This document shows, one piece after another, positions 10,775 to 20,480 of a DNA stretch of 64,000 nt (within the stretch, counting starts at the first letter, position 1; each line of letters begins with the position of its first letter). The notes below the pieces were generated by a model, which was given only the letters and a program-made list of their open reading frames with translations, made no database searches and had not been told where the DNA came from. Source of the DNA: Verrucomicrobiota bacterium (GTDB taxonomy: Bacteria; Verrucomicrobiota; Verrucomicrobiia; JABWAM01). The stretch lies in the NCBI GenBank assembly GCA_013288215.1, contig JABDCI010000002.1, positions 14,226-78,225 of the forward strand, given 5' to 3'. The position numbers and the translations under genes were made by a program.

Positions 10775-11922
10775 ATCAAAACGAGCCCGGATGCGAGTAG
10801 AAATGGCGCGGGAATCGAGCGATCGTAAAGCGCGCCGCCCACGAGCGGCCCGAGGATGCGCGCCAGGCTTCCGGAGGATTGCGCGACGCCAAGAACAAGC
10901 CCCTGTTCATCCGCGCGTACCTGCTGGGAAATAAGCCCCATGATGGCCGAACGATTCAATCCCTGTCCCACTCCCAGACCGAGCAGGGAAGCCAACAGGG
11001 GCATCACACCACGCACAAAGGGAAGCCATGCCAAGCTCACGACAAAAAGAATTCCTCCCATCACAATCAGCTTTCTCTCTCCATATTTTTTCACCAGCCG
11101 TCCGATGAGGCCTCCCTGGACGCCTGCGACAACGAGCCCGATAAAAAAGAAAAAGTAATTCCCCTCGCGCACATCAAAGGCGAAGCGTTGCTTTAAAAAA
11201 AGGCCGAAGAGGCTTTCAAAATTCGAGAATGCAAAACCGAAGACAAAATAGAAGAGAATGAGCCATCCCACGGCGCGAATCGCGAACGCGTGACGCCACG
11301 CCGAGAACAAAAAAACCGATTTCACAGGCGCCGGTGCGGATTCGGGACGGCGGCTCTCCGGCAGGTTGAAGCATGCCACGAGAAAATTGAGTCCGCAGAT
11401 GGTGGCAGCAACCCAGCCGATGAGTCGATAAACCTGTTCCGGATGGGCCGGATCGGAAGCGAACTGGGCGATAAGCCCCCCAATCAGGGGACCGAAAACA
11501 AATCCCAGTCCGAATGCCGCGCCGATCATTCCCATTCCCTTGGAACGATTTTCTGGAGTCGTAATGTCGGCGATGTAGGCGTTGGCGACGGCAATATTGG
11601 CGCCGAAAAAACCCGCCAAGGCGCGCGTGGCAAAGATCTGCCAAAATGAGGAACAAAATCCCAGCAACAGGTAGGAAAGGGTCGAGCCCACGAGACTGCA
11701 AAGCAGGACGGGCCTGCGCCCAATGCGATCGGAAAGCCTGCCCCAGAATGGAGCGCAAAAAAATTGCATCAGGGAGAAGACCGAATTAAGGGCCGCCACC
11801 ATCAGGGCCGAGGCGTGAAAATATTTCGCCATGAATGGGAGCAGCGGCAAAACAATGCCGAAGCCCACGAGATCCATAAAAACCGTGATAAACAATACCG
11901 CAAGCGAGGCGTGCTTCTTCAT
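10729..11922 (-). CDS. MFS transporter (drug/H+ antiporter-like)
   Basis: about 12 TM segments; MFS loop motif GRLSDRIGRRPVLL; start taken at ATG 11922 (MKKHASLAV) instead of GTG 11940. Confidence 0.8.
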   Translation of the reverse strand: MKKHASLAVLFITVFMDLVGFGIVLPLLPFMAKYFHASALMVAALNSVFSLMQFFCAPFWGRLSDRIGRRPVLLCSLVGSTLSYLLLGFCSSFWQIFATRALAGFFGANIAVANAYIADITTPENRSKGMGMIGAAFGLGFVFGPLIGGLIAQFASDPAHPEQVYRLIGWVAATICGLNFLVACFNLPESRRPESAPAPVKSVFLFSAWRHAFAIRAVGWLILFYFVFGFAFSNFESLFGLFLKQRFAFDVREGNYFFFFIGLVVAGVQGGLIGRLVKKYGERKLIVMGGILFVVSLAWLPFVRGVMPLLASLLGLGVGQGLNRSAIMGLISQQVRADEQGLVLGVAQSSGSLARILGPLVGGALYDRSIPAPFLLASGLVLICLAATRWTSTERTL

Positions 11923-12035
11923 TGCCGCGCAACGTCGCACAAATCCGTTTGAGTGCCAAACCTTTATTCTGTAGGCATGACAGGGACTCGCCGCGAATTG
12001 GACCGACTTTGAAGCCTCGAACTAAAATTCTTCTG

Positions 12036-15000
12036 ATGATAGGGCTGGCGCTTGTCAGCCTGGCCTGCGCCGCTTCTCTCTGGGATGACGCCTTCTCGAG
12101 CGCGTCGCTGGATTTCCGGTTTTCGCGAACGGAGATTGATGAGCGCATGCAAGAGTGGCTTCAATCCCAGGGCTTTTCATTGAAGAAGATGCGCCACAGC
12201 CTGCTCTTCGACGAGAACGACGAGCCTAAGAATTACATCGAACTCGAGCTGGGCTTAAGAAATCTCGAGGAACTCACGCAAAAAGGCATCAACATTTGGT
12301 CGTGGAACGGCCGATGGTTCCGGCCGGGGCAAAAGGAAGAACTCCAGATCTTTCTCGATCCAGAAGGCAGGCTTGTCGGCTTCGTGCACGATGTCGAGGA
12401 GGCTTGGGCCGCTCCAAAAATCAACAAGCAAAAGGCACGGTTGCTTGCCGAAGATTTTCTCAAAAAATATGTCACCCAGCATCCACTGAGCCGGTTGCGT
12501 TTCATTGAAGACAGCACCGACGAGAAACCGCACCGCACCGATTACACGTTCACCTGGGAGCGCACCGATCTGCGCGCCAAAGATGCCCCCTACCGCGTCG
12601 GCATTGGCATTATCGGCAACCAAGTTGGCTCGTACTCCGAATATCTCAAGATTCCCGAAAATTGGACCCGTGATTTTCAAAAAAAACATTCGCTGAACGA
12701 CCTCTGCCAATCGAACGCGGAACGCGTCCTGCTCGTTCTTTACGTGGGAATGATCGTCTTCTTCATCATCTATTGCTACCAGCGGCGCCTCGACTGGCGG
12801 CGCGGGCTGCCCTGGGGGTGGCTGCTCTTATTCGCCATCGTTACGATCGCGTCCGCATTGAATCAGATTCCTACGATCATGGCTTCCTACGATACTCAGG
12901 ACAACTGGGCGGCTTATCTCGTCAAACAAGGCTCGATGACATTGATCGAAGCGATCAAAACCGTCGTCATCCTCTGGTTGATGGTGCTTGTCATCGATCC
13001 GCTCTACCGGGAAAAATTGCAACAACATCTGCCTTTCCGAATCGGACTTGGGCCGAATAGCTTGCAATATGGCGAAACGGCACGCTCCATCGGACTCGGC
13101 ACCGTCTTTGCGTGTTTCTCCACGGCATACGTCGCCATTTTTTATGTCGTGGGAAAACATGTTGGCGTCTGGTCCCCGGTGGAAATCGACTATTCGAAAG
13201 CGCTGAGCGGCTGGCTCCCCTGGGTTGAGCCGCTGGAGACGGGGCTGTCGGCGGCTTTCAACGAGGAATTTCTTTTCCGCGCCTTTGCCATCCTTTTCTA
13301 CTGGAAAATCGTGCGCGTGCGATGGCTTTCTGTCGTGCTCGCGGCGGCGACCTGGGGCTTTTTACACAGCAACTATCCGCAAATGCCTGGCTACATCCGA
13401 GGGGTGGAGCTAACCATGGAAGGAACTCTCTGGGGCATCCTGATGTTGCGCTACGGTCTCTTGACGACGTTGACCGCGCACTACCTTTACGATTGCTGGC
13501 TCGACAGTCTGATTGTGATTCGCTCCCCCTCCCCAAGCGATCAGATCGGCGCCGTGATTGTTTCGATGTGGCCTCTGGCCTGCGGTCTTTGGGCCTGGTT
13601 TGCCTATGGACGCAAAGGATTGCTCAAAGATTACACGGGAGAAATGACGCCTTCATCTGAGCCGGCATTACCAACCACTCATTGGTGGGAAAGCCCCATG
13701 GAGGCATGGAATTTTTCGCTCCCCTTTTTGAAACCGATTCGTTGTTGGATGATCTTGCTCACGTGCGTTCTCGTTCTGGCGCTCGTCCGCCTTCCGCGCC
13801 TGCCACAGAACGTATTCCATTCCTTTGGGTTTGTTGCATGGGCGCGCCATCAGATTTCCGATGAAACGGACAAACTTCTTTCCCGTAAAAGCAAGAAGCC
13901 GCCGGACTATTACAAAACGGTCTCGCTCACGAGCGGTTATCTGCCGAACCACGACGACGCCGTGCGCTATCTTCTTGAATCGGCGACTCTCGATCGCGTG
14001 GCGGAACTCGCGAAGCACGAGTGGCCCGACTTGCAATGGAATGTGCGCTGCTTCCGGCCTGGAGAAAAGGAGGAGTTTCGATTCACGTTCGATTCCTACG
14101 GAAATCTCAAGAGCTGGGATCACCCGATCGAGAACGAAGCCAAAGGAGCGTCCCTCGAGAAACTCAAAGCACTGGAGCTCGCCAAAGAGCATCTGGTGCG
14201 CGACTACGGCCTGAATCCGGCCAACGAGAACATCGTCCAGGATGATCTCGATCAGGAAGCCAACCGCCGCGATTATCAATTCACATTCGAACGAAAAGAT
14301 TTCAAGTGGAACGAGGCGAAGCTGCGGAGCTCGATCCGCGTGCAAGGCAATGAAGTGCTCGGGTTTGCGCACTACCTCAAGTTGCCAGAAGCATGGCTGC
14401 GCGAGCAGTCCGCTTCGGAATGGAAAGATGTTCTCGTCAGCCAGTTCTACCAATGGACGAACATGGTATGGATGGGATTCCTGCTTATTCTTTTCGTGCT
14501 GATGATCTCGAAACGAATCCTGCCATGGAAGCGGGCGTTTCTGATCGCAACGATCCCCGCGCTCTTCGGTGTGATGGATTCGCTCAATGAACTGCCAAGC
14601 TTCTTTGTCGGTTATGACACCACGACGCCGGTCTGGCATTACGTCGGCGAAAAACTCGAGAGCTTCGTCTTTCACACGGGACTGGACTATCTTTTCCAGG
14701 TGCTGGAACTCAGCATCGCCCTGGGATTCCTGCAATGGGCATTTCAATGGAAGCTAGAGAACTTGCGGCTTTGGCCCGCATCGAAAGTGGAACGCCAGCG
14801 GCTCTGGCTGACCGCATGCGCTCTCGCGTGGGTGGGTGTTGCAGCTTGGAACGCAAAGGGACTTTTGGACGCATTCGCCACCGGTTGGCTTTTGCCGGAA
14901 CACGCGGTGGGCTACTCGTATCCCCAAATTAATACCGCGTTTCCCTGGCTCTCGGCGCTCACATCGGCCTTCATGGCGGGCTACAACGGTCTCCTCTCGA

Positions 15001-15395
15001 CGGCGTTAAAAATCGGTCTTGTCGTGGTGCTCTATCGTATCCTCCCCAAAACAACATGGTGCTTGCTTGTTCTCATTCCCGTATACAATGCCCTGGGAGC
15101 CCGCACATGGACGAATTTTGGATGTACCATCGCCTCAAATGAGCTGCAATGGCTCCTGAACTTGATCCTCGTGTGGCGGCTCTGGCGTTTCAACGCGCTG
15201 GCTATTTTTCTGGCGTTTTATAGTGAACAGCTCCTCACCTCGACCGGGGTCTTTTTCATGAAAGGGGGGCCATGTTACCAATGGACCTCTCTCCCGCTCG
15301 CGCTCTGCCTCGTGTTCCCGGTGATCATGGCGTGCCTGATGCGAAAAACCCACCCTCCGAGCGACGGTCCGACGCATCTCGTTCGCACAAGCTGA
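12036..15395 (+). CDS. very large polytopic membrane protein with a CPBP (CAAX/Abi-type) intramembrane glutamic protease domain; internally duplicated
   Basis: CPBP motifs EEFLFRAF (13263-13286), WGFLHSNYP, AHYLYDCW in the first half; two homologous ectodomain+TM modules (see findings); start placed at ATG 12036 (MIGLALVSLACAAS). Confidence 0.7.
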   Translation: MIGLALVSLACAASLWDDAFSSASLDFRFSRTEIDERMQEWLQSQGFSLKKMRHSLLFDENDEPKNYIELELGLRNLEELTQKGINIWSWNGRWFRPGQKEELQIFLDPEGRLVGFVHDVEEAWAAPKINKQKARLLAEDFLKKYVTQHPLSRLRFIEDSTDEKPHRTDYTFTWERTDLRAKDAPYRVGIGIIGNQVGSYSEYLKIPENWTRDFQKKHSLNDLCQSNAERVLLVLYVGMIVFFIIYCYQRRLDWRRGLPWGWLLLFAIVTIASALNQIPTIMASYDTQDNWAAYLVKQGSMTLIEAIKTVVILWLMVLVIDPLYREKLQQHLPFRIGLGPNSLQYGETARSIGLGTVFACFSTAYVAIFYVVGKHVGVWSPVEIDYSKALSGWLPWVEPLETGLSAAFNEEFLFRAFAILFYWKIVRVRWLSVVLAAATWGFLHSNYPQMPGYIRGVELTMEGTLWGILMLRYGLLTTLTAHYLYDCWLDSLIVIRSPSPSDQIGAVIVSMWPLACGLWAWFAYGRKGLLKDYTGEMTPSSEPALPTTHWWESPMEAWNFSLPFLKPIRCWMILLTCVLVLALVRLPRLPQNVFHSFGFVAWARHQISDETDKLLSRKSKKPPDYYKTVSLTSGYLPNHDDAVRYLLESATLDRVAELAKHEWPDLQWNVRCFRPGEKEEFRFTFDSYGNLKSWDHPIENEAKGASLEKLKALELAKEHLVRDYGLNPANENIVQDDLDQEANRRDYQFTFERKDFKWNEAKLRSSIRVQGNEVLGFAHYLKLPEAWLREQSASEWKDVLVSQFYQWTNMVWMGFLLILFVLMISKRILPWKRAFLIATIPALFGVMDSLNELPSFFVGYDTTTPVWHYVGEKLESFVFHTGLDYLFQVLELSIALGFLQWAFQWKLENLRLWPASKVERQRLWLTACALAWVGVAAWNAKGLLDAFATGWLLPEHAVGYSYPQINTAFPWLSALTSAFMAGYNGLLSTALKIGLVVVLYRILPKTTWCLLVLIPVYNALGARTWTNFGCTIASNELQWLLNLILVWRLWRFNALAIFLAFYSEQLLTSTGVFFMKGGPCYQWTSLPLALCLVFPVIMACLMRKTHPPSDGPTHLVRTS

Positions 15396-15402
15396 TTTTT
15401 CT

Positions 15403-17244
15403 TTGAAAAAAAGTTCCGTCGTTAAGTTTGACCGCATGCCTGAAATCTGGTTTATCAGAAAGGTGTATTGGCTGACTTGGTGTGTGGGTGTTTGCGTCTT
15501 GTTTGGGTTTTCAGAACTTCACGCGGCAGTGCCCATTATGCCCCTGAAAGAAATCAAACCGGGTCTGCGGGGCGAGTGCTATACGGTTTTTTCAGGAACA
15601 CGCATCGACAAATTCGGATTCGAAGTCATGGGCATTGCCCACGATTTTGCGGGACCCGGGCGGGATATCATCTGGTGCAAGATGCTGACTGACCCGACCG
15701 GCGAAAATGTCGTCGCCGGAGGCATGAGCGGAAGCCCTTGTTATATCGAGGGAAAGCATATAGGAGCGCTCGCCTACGGATTCACTTTCAACAAAGACCC
15801 TATTTTTGGAGTGCAGCCGATCGAATCGATGCTGGAGCTGCTTCATTTTCAAGCTCCCGGACTGAAGGCGGAGCCGTTGCCTGTCGCGTCGGCTCCCAGC
15901 CTGGCATCGCGTCTTCTGAAGACACTCGCGGGTTTTCCGAAACCAATGCCCCTGCTTTCCAACGACGGAGGGGTTCACATGCTTTCCGTGCCGCTTGAGA
16001 TCGGCGGCTTGCATCCATGGATTTCCCAGCGCGTGTTGAGCGCGTGGCGTGAAGCAGGATTCGACCCTCAAGTCGCTCTGGGCGGCGGAGCCAGCGAAAC
16101 CGCAGATACCGCGGATTTCCTGCCTGGCGCGGCCATGACTGGAGTCATCGCAAGCGGCGATCTCAATCTCGCGGCAACAGGCACTCTCACCTGGCGCGAC
16201 GGCGACCAGATATTGGGTTTTGGACACCCGTTTCTCGGAATCGGCGACACTTCCATTCCGCTCGGCAAAGCGGAAATCATTGGCGTCGTGTCGAGTTACG
16301 AGCGTTCCATCAAAATGTCCAACAAAGGCAAAATTGTGGGATCATTGACCCAGGACCGTCTTTCCGGCGTCCTGGGCACGGTCGGCATGTTCGCCCGCAT
16401 GACACCCATGACCGTTCAGGTGAAGCATGGAGCCGAGACGCGGAAATTCGAGTTGCAATTTTGTGACAATAAATTTTTCACACCCCTCGTCTATCAGACG
16501 GCGCTGTTGCAATTTCTCTCCAATGTGATGGAGCGCGATGAGCAATCGACGCTGCAACTCAAAAGTGAAATTGAACTCGAAGGGCTTCCCTCTTTGATCT
16601 TCGAGGACATGTTCGCCGGCGAGCGCTTCAGCTGGGTTGCAGAAGGCGTCATGATGCCCGCCCTTCAATTGATGCCGCTTTATCAAAATCCCTTCGGGCA
16701 GCCCATTGTGAAAAAAATCAACGTCGAGGCGGTGGTGCAAAGCGAAGCCCGCATGGCGAGCCTGGAGGATGTGAGCGTCCATCCATTGGAAGCCCGCCCC
16801 GGCGATAAAATCCAGGTCCGTGCGAATTTTCAGCCTTGGCAGGGCAAGCGGTTCACGCGCGATTTCGAGATCGCGCTGCCCGAAGAAGCAAAGAGCGGCG
16901 AACTCGAACTCGTCGTCGCGGATGAGCGGTTCGCAGATCAATTGACGGGCGACGTCGATGGACTTATGAGCCAGTTTCAAGTCGTCGATCTCCGCCAACT
17001 TGTGACCGTCCTCAACCGCCGTCATACCAATAATTCACTCTACCTGTTTCTCGTCAAGAAGTCTCCTGGACTTTCGATTCAAAACCAACGTCTTACGTCG
17101 CTTCCATCCTCGGTCCGCCGCTTATTGAATGAGAGTCCCATTGACCGGCCGATTCCACTTCAAGATTCCGTCCTTGCCGAAGCTGTGTTCGATCTTGGTA
17201 TGGTGATCGAAGGCAATCGTACGACCAAGATTGTAATCAAATGA
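15403..17244 (+). CDS. peptidase S55 (SpoIVB-like) domain protein, secreted/anchored
   Basis: block VVAGGMSGSPCYIEGKHIGALAYGFTFNKDPIFGVQPIESML resembles the SpoIVB catalytic-Ser region; N-terminal hydrophobic segment; start TTG 15403 or ATG 15436; stop overlaps the next ATG. Confidence 0.65.
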   Translation: MKKSSVVKFDRMPEIWFIRKVYWLTWCVGVCVLFGFSELHAAVPIMPLKEIKPGLRGECYTVFSGTRIDKFGFEVMGIAHDFAGPGRDIIWCKMLTDPTGENVVAGGMSGSPCYIEGKHIGALAYGFTFNKDPIFGVQPIESMLELLHFQAPGLKAEPLPVASAPSLASRLLKTLAGFPKPMPLLSNDGGVHMLSVPLEIGGLHPWISQRVLSAWREAGFDPQVALGGGASETADTADFLPGAAMTGVIASGDLNLAATGTLTWRDGDQILGFGHPFLGIGDTSIPLGKAEIIGVVSSYERSIKMSNKGKIVGSLTQDRLSGVLGTVGMFARMTPMTVQVKHGAETRKFELQFCDNKFFTPLVYQTALLQFLSNVMERDEQSTLQLKSEIELEGLPSLIFEDMFAGERFSWVAEGVMMPALQLMPLYQNPFGQPIVKKINVEAVVQSEARMASLEDVSVHPLEARPGDKIQVRANFQPWQGKRFTRDFEIALPEEAKSGELELVVADERFADQLTGDVDGLMSQFQVVDLRQLVTVLNRRHTNNSLYLFLVKKSPGLSIQNQRLTSLPSSVRRLLNESPIDRPIPLQDSVLAEAVFDLGMVIEGNRTTKIVIK

Positions 17245-19460
17245 AGACTCTGATCCTACCCGTTCTCTGCCTCCTTCTCCCGGCGTGGAACGCTCGCGCC
17301 GTTCAAACCGAGAAGTTTATTACGGATAGCTATGCGGATTTCTCGGAAGGCGAAGCCCACGGCGTCACCATTACTTCAGACGGGCTGTTGAAACTGGGTC
17401 CCTCCCTGATAAAAGTCGCAGCACTGCCCGTTTCCACATCATGGGCCATGGTGCGGGACGGAAAACAAAATGTCTACGTCGCCGGTGGAAATGAAGGGCA
17501 GGTGTTCAAAGTCACTCCGGACGGCAACGTGATCGAGTATTTCAAGGCTGCCGAACTCCAGGTATCTGCGCTTGCTTTCGATTCGAAAGGCGCCCTTTAT
17601 GCCGCCTCGATGCCCGACGGCAAGGTCTACCGCATCGACTCGGATGGAAAATCCTCCGTCTTCTTCGACCCCCAGCAGAAATATATATGGGCTCTGGCCT
17701 TCGATGCGGAAGACAATCTTTTCGTGGGCACCGGTGACAAGGGGAAGCTTTATAAAGTTTCTCCTTTGGGCAAAAGCTCGGTTTTTTACGATAGTGATGA
17801 AACCCATATCCGCACTCTCTTTTTTCATAAGCCGCAGCTCTGGGCTGGCAGCGAAGGGAACGGTCTTGTGTATCGATTCGACAAAACGGCCGGCGAAGAA
17901 GGCGTTCCTTTTGTCGCGTACGATTCCCCCTACAAGGAAATCAAGGCCTTCGTCGCAGCGCCCGACGGTTCCATCTTCGTCGCAGCCATGGGTGACAAAA
18001 CCGGCGGAAACATCACGCTTCGCCCTGTCGCCAGCGTGCTAACCCTTCCTCCGCCGGCCACCCCCGCTCCGTCGCTCGGTCTGCAAAGCGCCAAGCCCAA
18101 GGTGGAGGAGGTTCCGCCTGCCATTGCCGATCAACCAGGCGCGGCGGAACTCGTCCGCATTCAGCCGGATGGGACGGTGGAACGTTGGTGGACTGACAAT
18201 GAGGATGCCTATGCCCTGTTGCTTCAGGACCAACATCAGATTTGGATCGGCACGGGACATAAGGGCCGTCTTCTCAACATTCCGGAGGCGAGGCAGGTGA
18301 ATGTCCTTGGCCAGCTGGAAGCGGATGCGGTCACCGCCATTTTGCCTGCAGCCAGCGATGAGTGGATCGCCTCCACGGCCAATCCTTGCACGCTCTGGAA
18401 ACTTCAAATGAAGCCTGGTCGCACCGGAACCTATGAATCGCGTGTCTTTGATTCGCATGGAACGAGCCGCTGGGGTGCGATCGATTTCCGCAGCAGCAAC
18501 GGATTCGCGAAATTGAATTGGGAGACCCGCTCTGGCAACACCTACATTCCCGACAAGGTTTGGAGTGCATGGACGCCCCTCGACGAAAATCGGCGCATTC
18601 AAAGTCCGATCGCGCGATTCATCCAATATCGCATAACGATGGAAACGGGCGCCAAGAATGAAAACACCGACGTGATCGACCGCGTGGATCTTTATTACCA
18701 GCCTGGAAATCAAGCTCCGCGCCTCTCTCATATCACGCTTACGCCCGTGAATTTCGAAATTTTCAAGACGCCCAAACCCGATGTCACGATCCAGCCGTTT
18801 ATTCCCGGGCCTTCCGTGGCGAATTCCCGCAATAATCCTCCCAAGTCTTTAATAGAAAGCACCGAAGAAACTCCGACAAACTTCTCGCGAACCCCGCCGA
18901 TGCAGCAAGTGCGTCGGCTCGGATGGCGTTCTGCAACCTGGCAGAGCTTTGACGCGAATGCGGACGACCTCGACTATGACGTTTATTTCAGGCCCGTTAA
19001 CAGCATGCAATGGAAGGTCCTCGGGACCCATCTGAGCGACTCCTTTATAAGCTGGGACAGCGCGACCTGGCCCGATGGAGAATATTATCTCAAAGTGGTG
19101 GCTTCCGATCTTCCGAGCAATACCCCCGAAACAGCGCGCCAGGACGAGATGATCAGTGAAGCATTCACGGTTGATAACACGGCACCGGTGATCCATTTCA
19201 AGCCCATGGAGGAAACGACCCAACACGGAGTGATAGCACTGACAGTCTCCGATACCATCAGCATCGTCGACCAAGCTGAATATTCACTGGATGGCGCCGA
19301 CTGGCGCCCCTTGTTCCCCATCACCGGGCTCTATGACTCGCGTTCCAACGCGTTCCTCATTCCGATTTCAGATCTCCCGCCCGGCGATCATCATGTCGTG
19401 GTCCGCGCCAGTGATTCGGCGGACAATATCAGTTCGGAGACGCTCCTGTTCCATAAATAA
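17241..19460 (+). CDS. secreted beta-propeller repeat protein with C-terminal Y_Y_Y/Ig-like domains
   Basis: signal peptide MKTLILPVLCLLLPAWNARA; repeated blades (GQVFKVTPDGNV, GKVYRIDSDGKSSVFFD, GKLYKVSPLGKSSVFYD, GLVYRFDK); C-terminal WPDGEYYLKVVASD and PPGDHHVVVRASD motifs. Confidence 0.6.
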   Translation: MKTLILPVLCLLLPAWNARAVQTEKFITDSYADFSEGEAHGVTITSDGLLKLGPSLIKVAALPVSTSWAMVRDGKQNVYVAGGNEGQVFKVTPDGNVIEYFKAAELQVSALAFDSKGALYAASMPDGKVYRIDSDGKSSVFFDPQQKYIWALAFDAEDNLFVGTGDKGKLYKVSPLGKSSVFYDSDETHIRTLFFHKPQLWAGSEGNGLVYRFDKTAGEEGVPFVAYDSPYKEIKAFVAAPDGSIFVAAMGDKTGGNITLRPVASVLTLPPPATPAPSLGLQSAKPKVEEVPPAIADQPGAAELVRIQPDGTVERWWTDNEDAYALLLQDQHQIWIGTGHKGRLLNIPEARQVNVLGQLEADAVTAILPAASDEWIASTANPCTLWKLQMKPGRTGTYESRVFDSHGTSRWGAIDFRSSNGFAKLNWETRSGNTYIPDKVWSAWTPLDENRRIQSPIARFIQYRITMETGAKNENTDVIDRVDLYYQPGNQAPRLSHITLTPVNFEIFKTPKPDVTIQPFIPGPSVANSRNNPPKSLIESTEETPTNFSRTPPMQQVRRLGWRSATWQSFDANADDLDYDVYFRPVNSMQWKVLGTHLSDSFISWDSATWPDGEYYLKVVASDLPSNTPETARQDEMISEAFTVDNTAPVIHFKPMEETTQHGVIALTVSDTISIVDQAEYSLDGADWRPLFPITGLYDSRSNAFLIPISDLPPGDHHVVVRASDSADNISSETLLFHK

Positions 19461-19545
19461 AAGCATCAGGAGCCCCCGGCTTGAAAAGAAAGTCCATTAA
19501 CTCGTTGATGGAACGCAAGTTTTGCGGCTTGATGCAGACATTCTG

Positions 19546-20415
19546 ATGTCGGAACAGTGCGGCAACTATCGATTGGATGACCGACTGAACGAAGGTGGAA
19601 TGGCTGAAATCTTCAGTGCCACCACCCGAGATCAGGGTCATGTCGTCGTCCGGCGGCTTCGTCCGCAATTTCAATACAACTGGTCTAAACGCCGCGATTT
19701 CATTCGAGGCCTCCAAGTGCAGGAGCAGATGCATCATCCCAACGTGGTTCGCGTGCTGGAGCTTGTCACCTTCGGGCTGCGGCCTTACGCGGTGATGGAA
19801 TTTGTCGGCGGGATGAATCTGCGCCAAGCGCTGTTGCGCAAGGATCCTGTTGTTCATCATCCACTGCCGATTTTTTGCCAGATTCTGGAGGGTTTGCATC
19901 ACATCCACAGCTGCGGTTTCCTGCACTTGGATTTCAAGCCCGAAAATATCCTGGTTCAACCCGATGGCCATACCCGCATTGCGGATTTCGATCTTGCGCA
20001 ACCGATCCTTCCCAAACCACGCAGGCAGCCCTCCGTCCAAGGCACACCGGCCTATCTTGCGCCCGAACAAATCATGAAACGGCCCGTCGACCCACGCACC
20101 GACATCTTTGCCTTGGGTCTTACCGCCTTTGAGCTCTTCACGCGGCGAAAACCTGTGGCGCGTTCCCAACGGGAAGAGATCTTCGCCGCCTATTGCGACG
20201 AAAACACCGCCTTTCCCATCCCGAGCGCATTGAATCGCACCATTCCCGAAGCACTCGACCAGATTTTAGGCGCCTGTCTCGCAAAAAAGCCGGAAGAGCG
20301 TTACACTTCTGTGCAACGGATCATCCATGACCTGCAGGAATCCGGGGTGCTGAACAATCCAAAGTCCATCACCCAACCCGACGCGACCGCCGACTGGCAG
20401 AATCTGGATCCATAA
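19546..20415 (+). CDS. Ser/Thr protein kinase-fold protein, kinase domain only, with degenerate catalytic motifs (possible pseudokinase)
   Basis: HLDFKPENILV, IADFDLAQ, GTPAYLAPEQ, DIFALG; beta3 Lys and alphaC Glu positions substituted (see findings). Confidence 0.75.
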   Translation: MSEQCGNYRLDDRLNEGGMAEIFSATTRDQGHVVVRRLRPQFQYNWSKRRDFIRGLQVQEQMHHPNVVRVLELVTFGLRPYAVMEFVGGMNLRQALLRKDPVVHHPLPIFCQILEGLHHIHSCGFLHLDFKPENILVQPDGHTRIADFDLAQPILPKPRRQPSVQGTPAYLAPEQIMKRPVDPRTDIFALGLTAFELFTRRKPVARSQREEIFAAYCDENTAFPIPSALNRTIPEALDQILGACLAKKPEERYTSVQRIIHDLQESGVLNNPKSITQPDATADWQNLDP

Positions 20416-20480
20416 GAGCTTGCCGAAACAAGTGGAGAAGCCGGGTTGCAGTTCCACTTGCCGTCCGAACGCCCTCGCGT

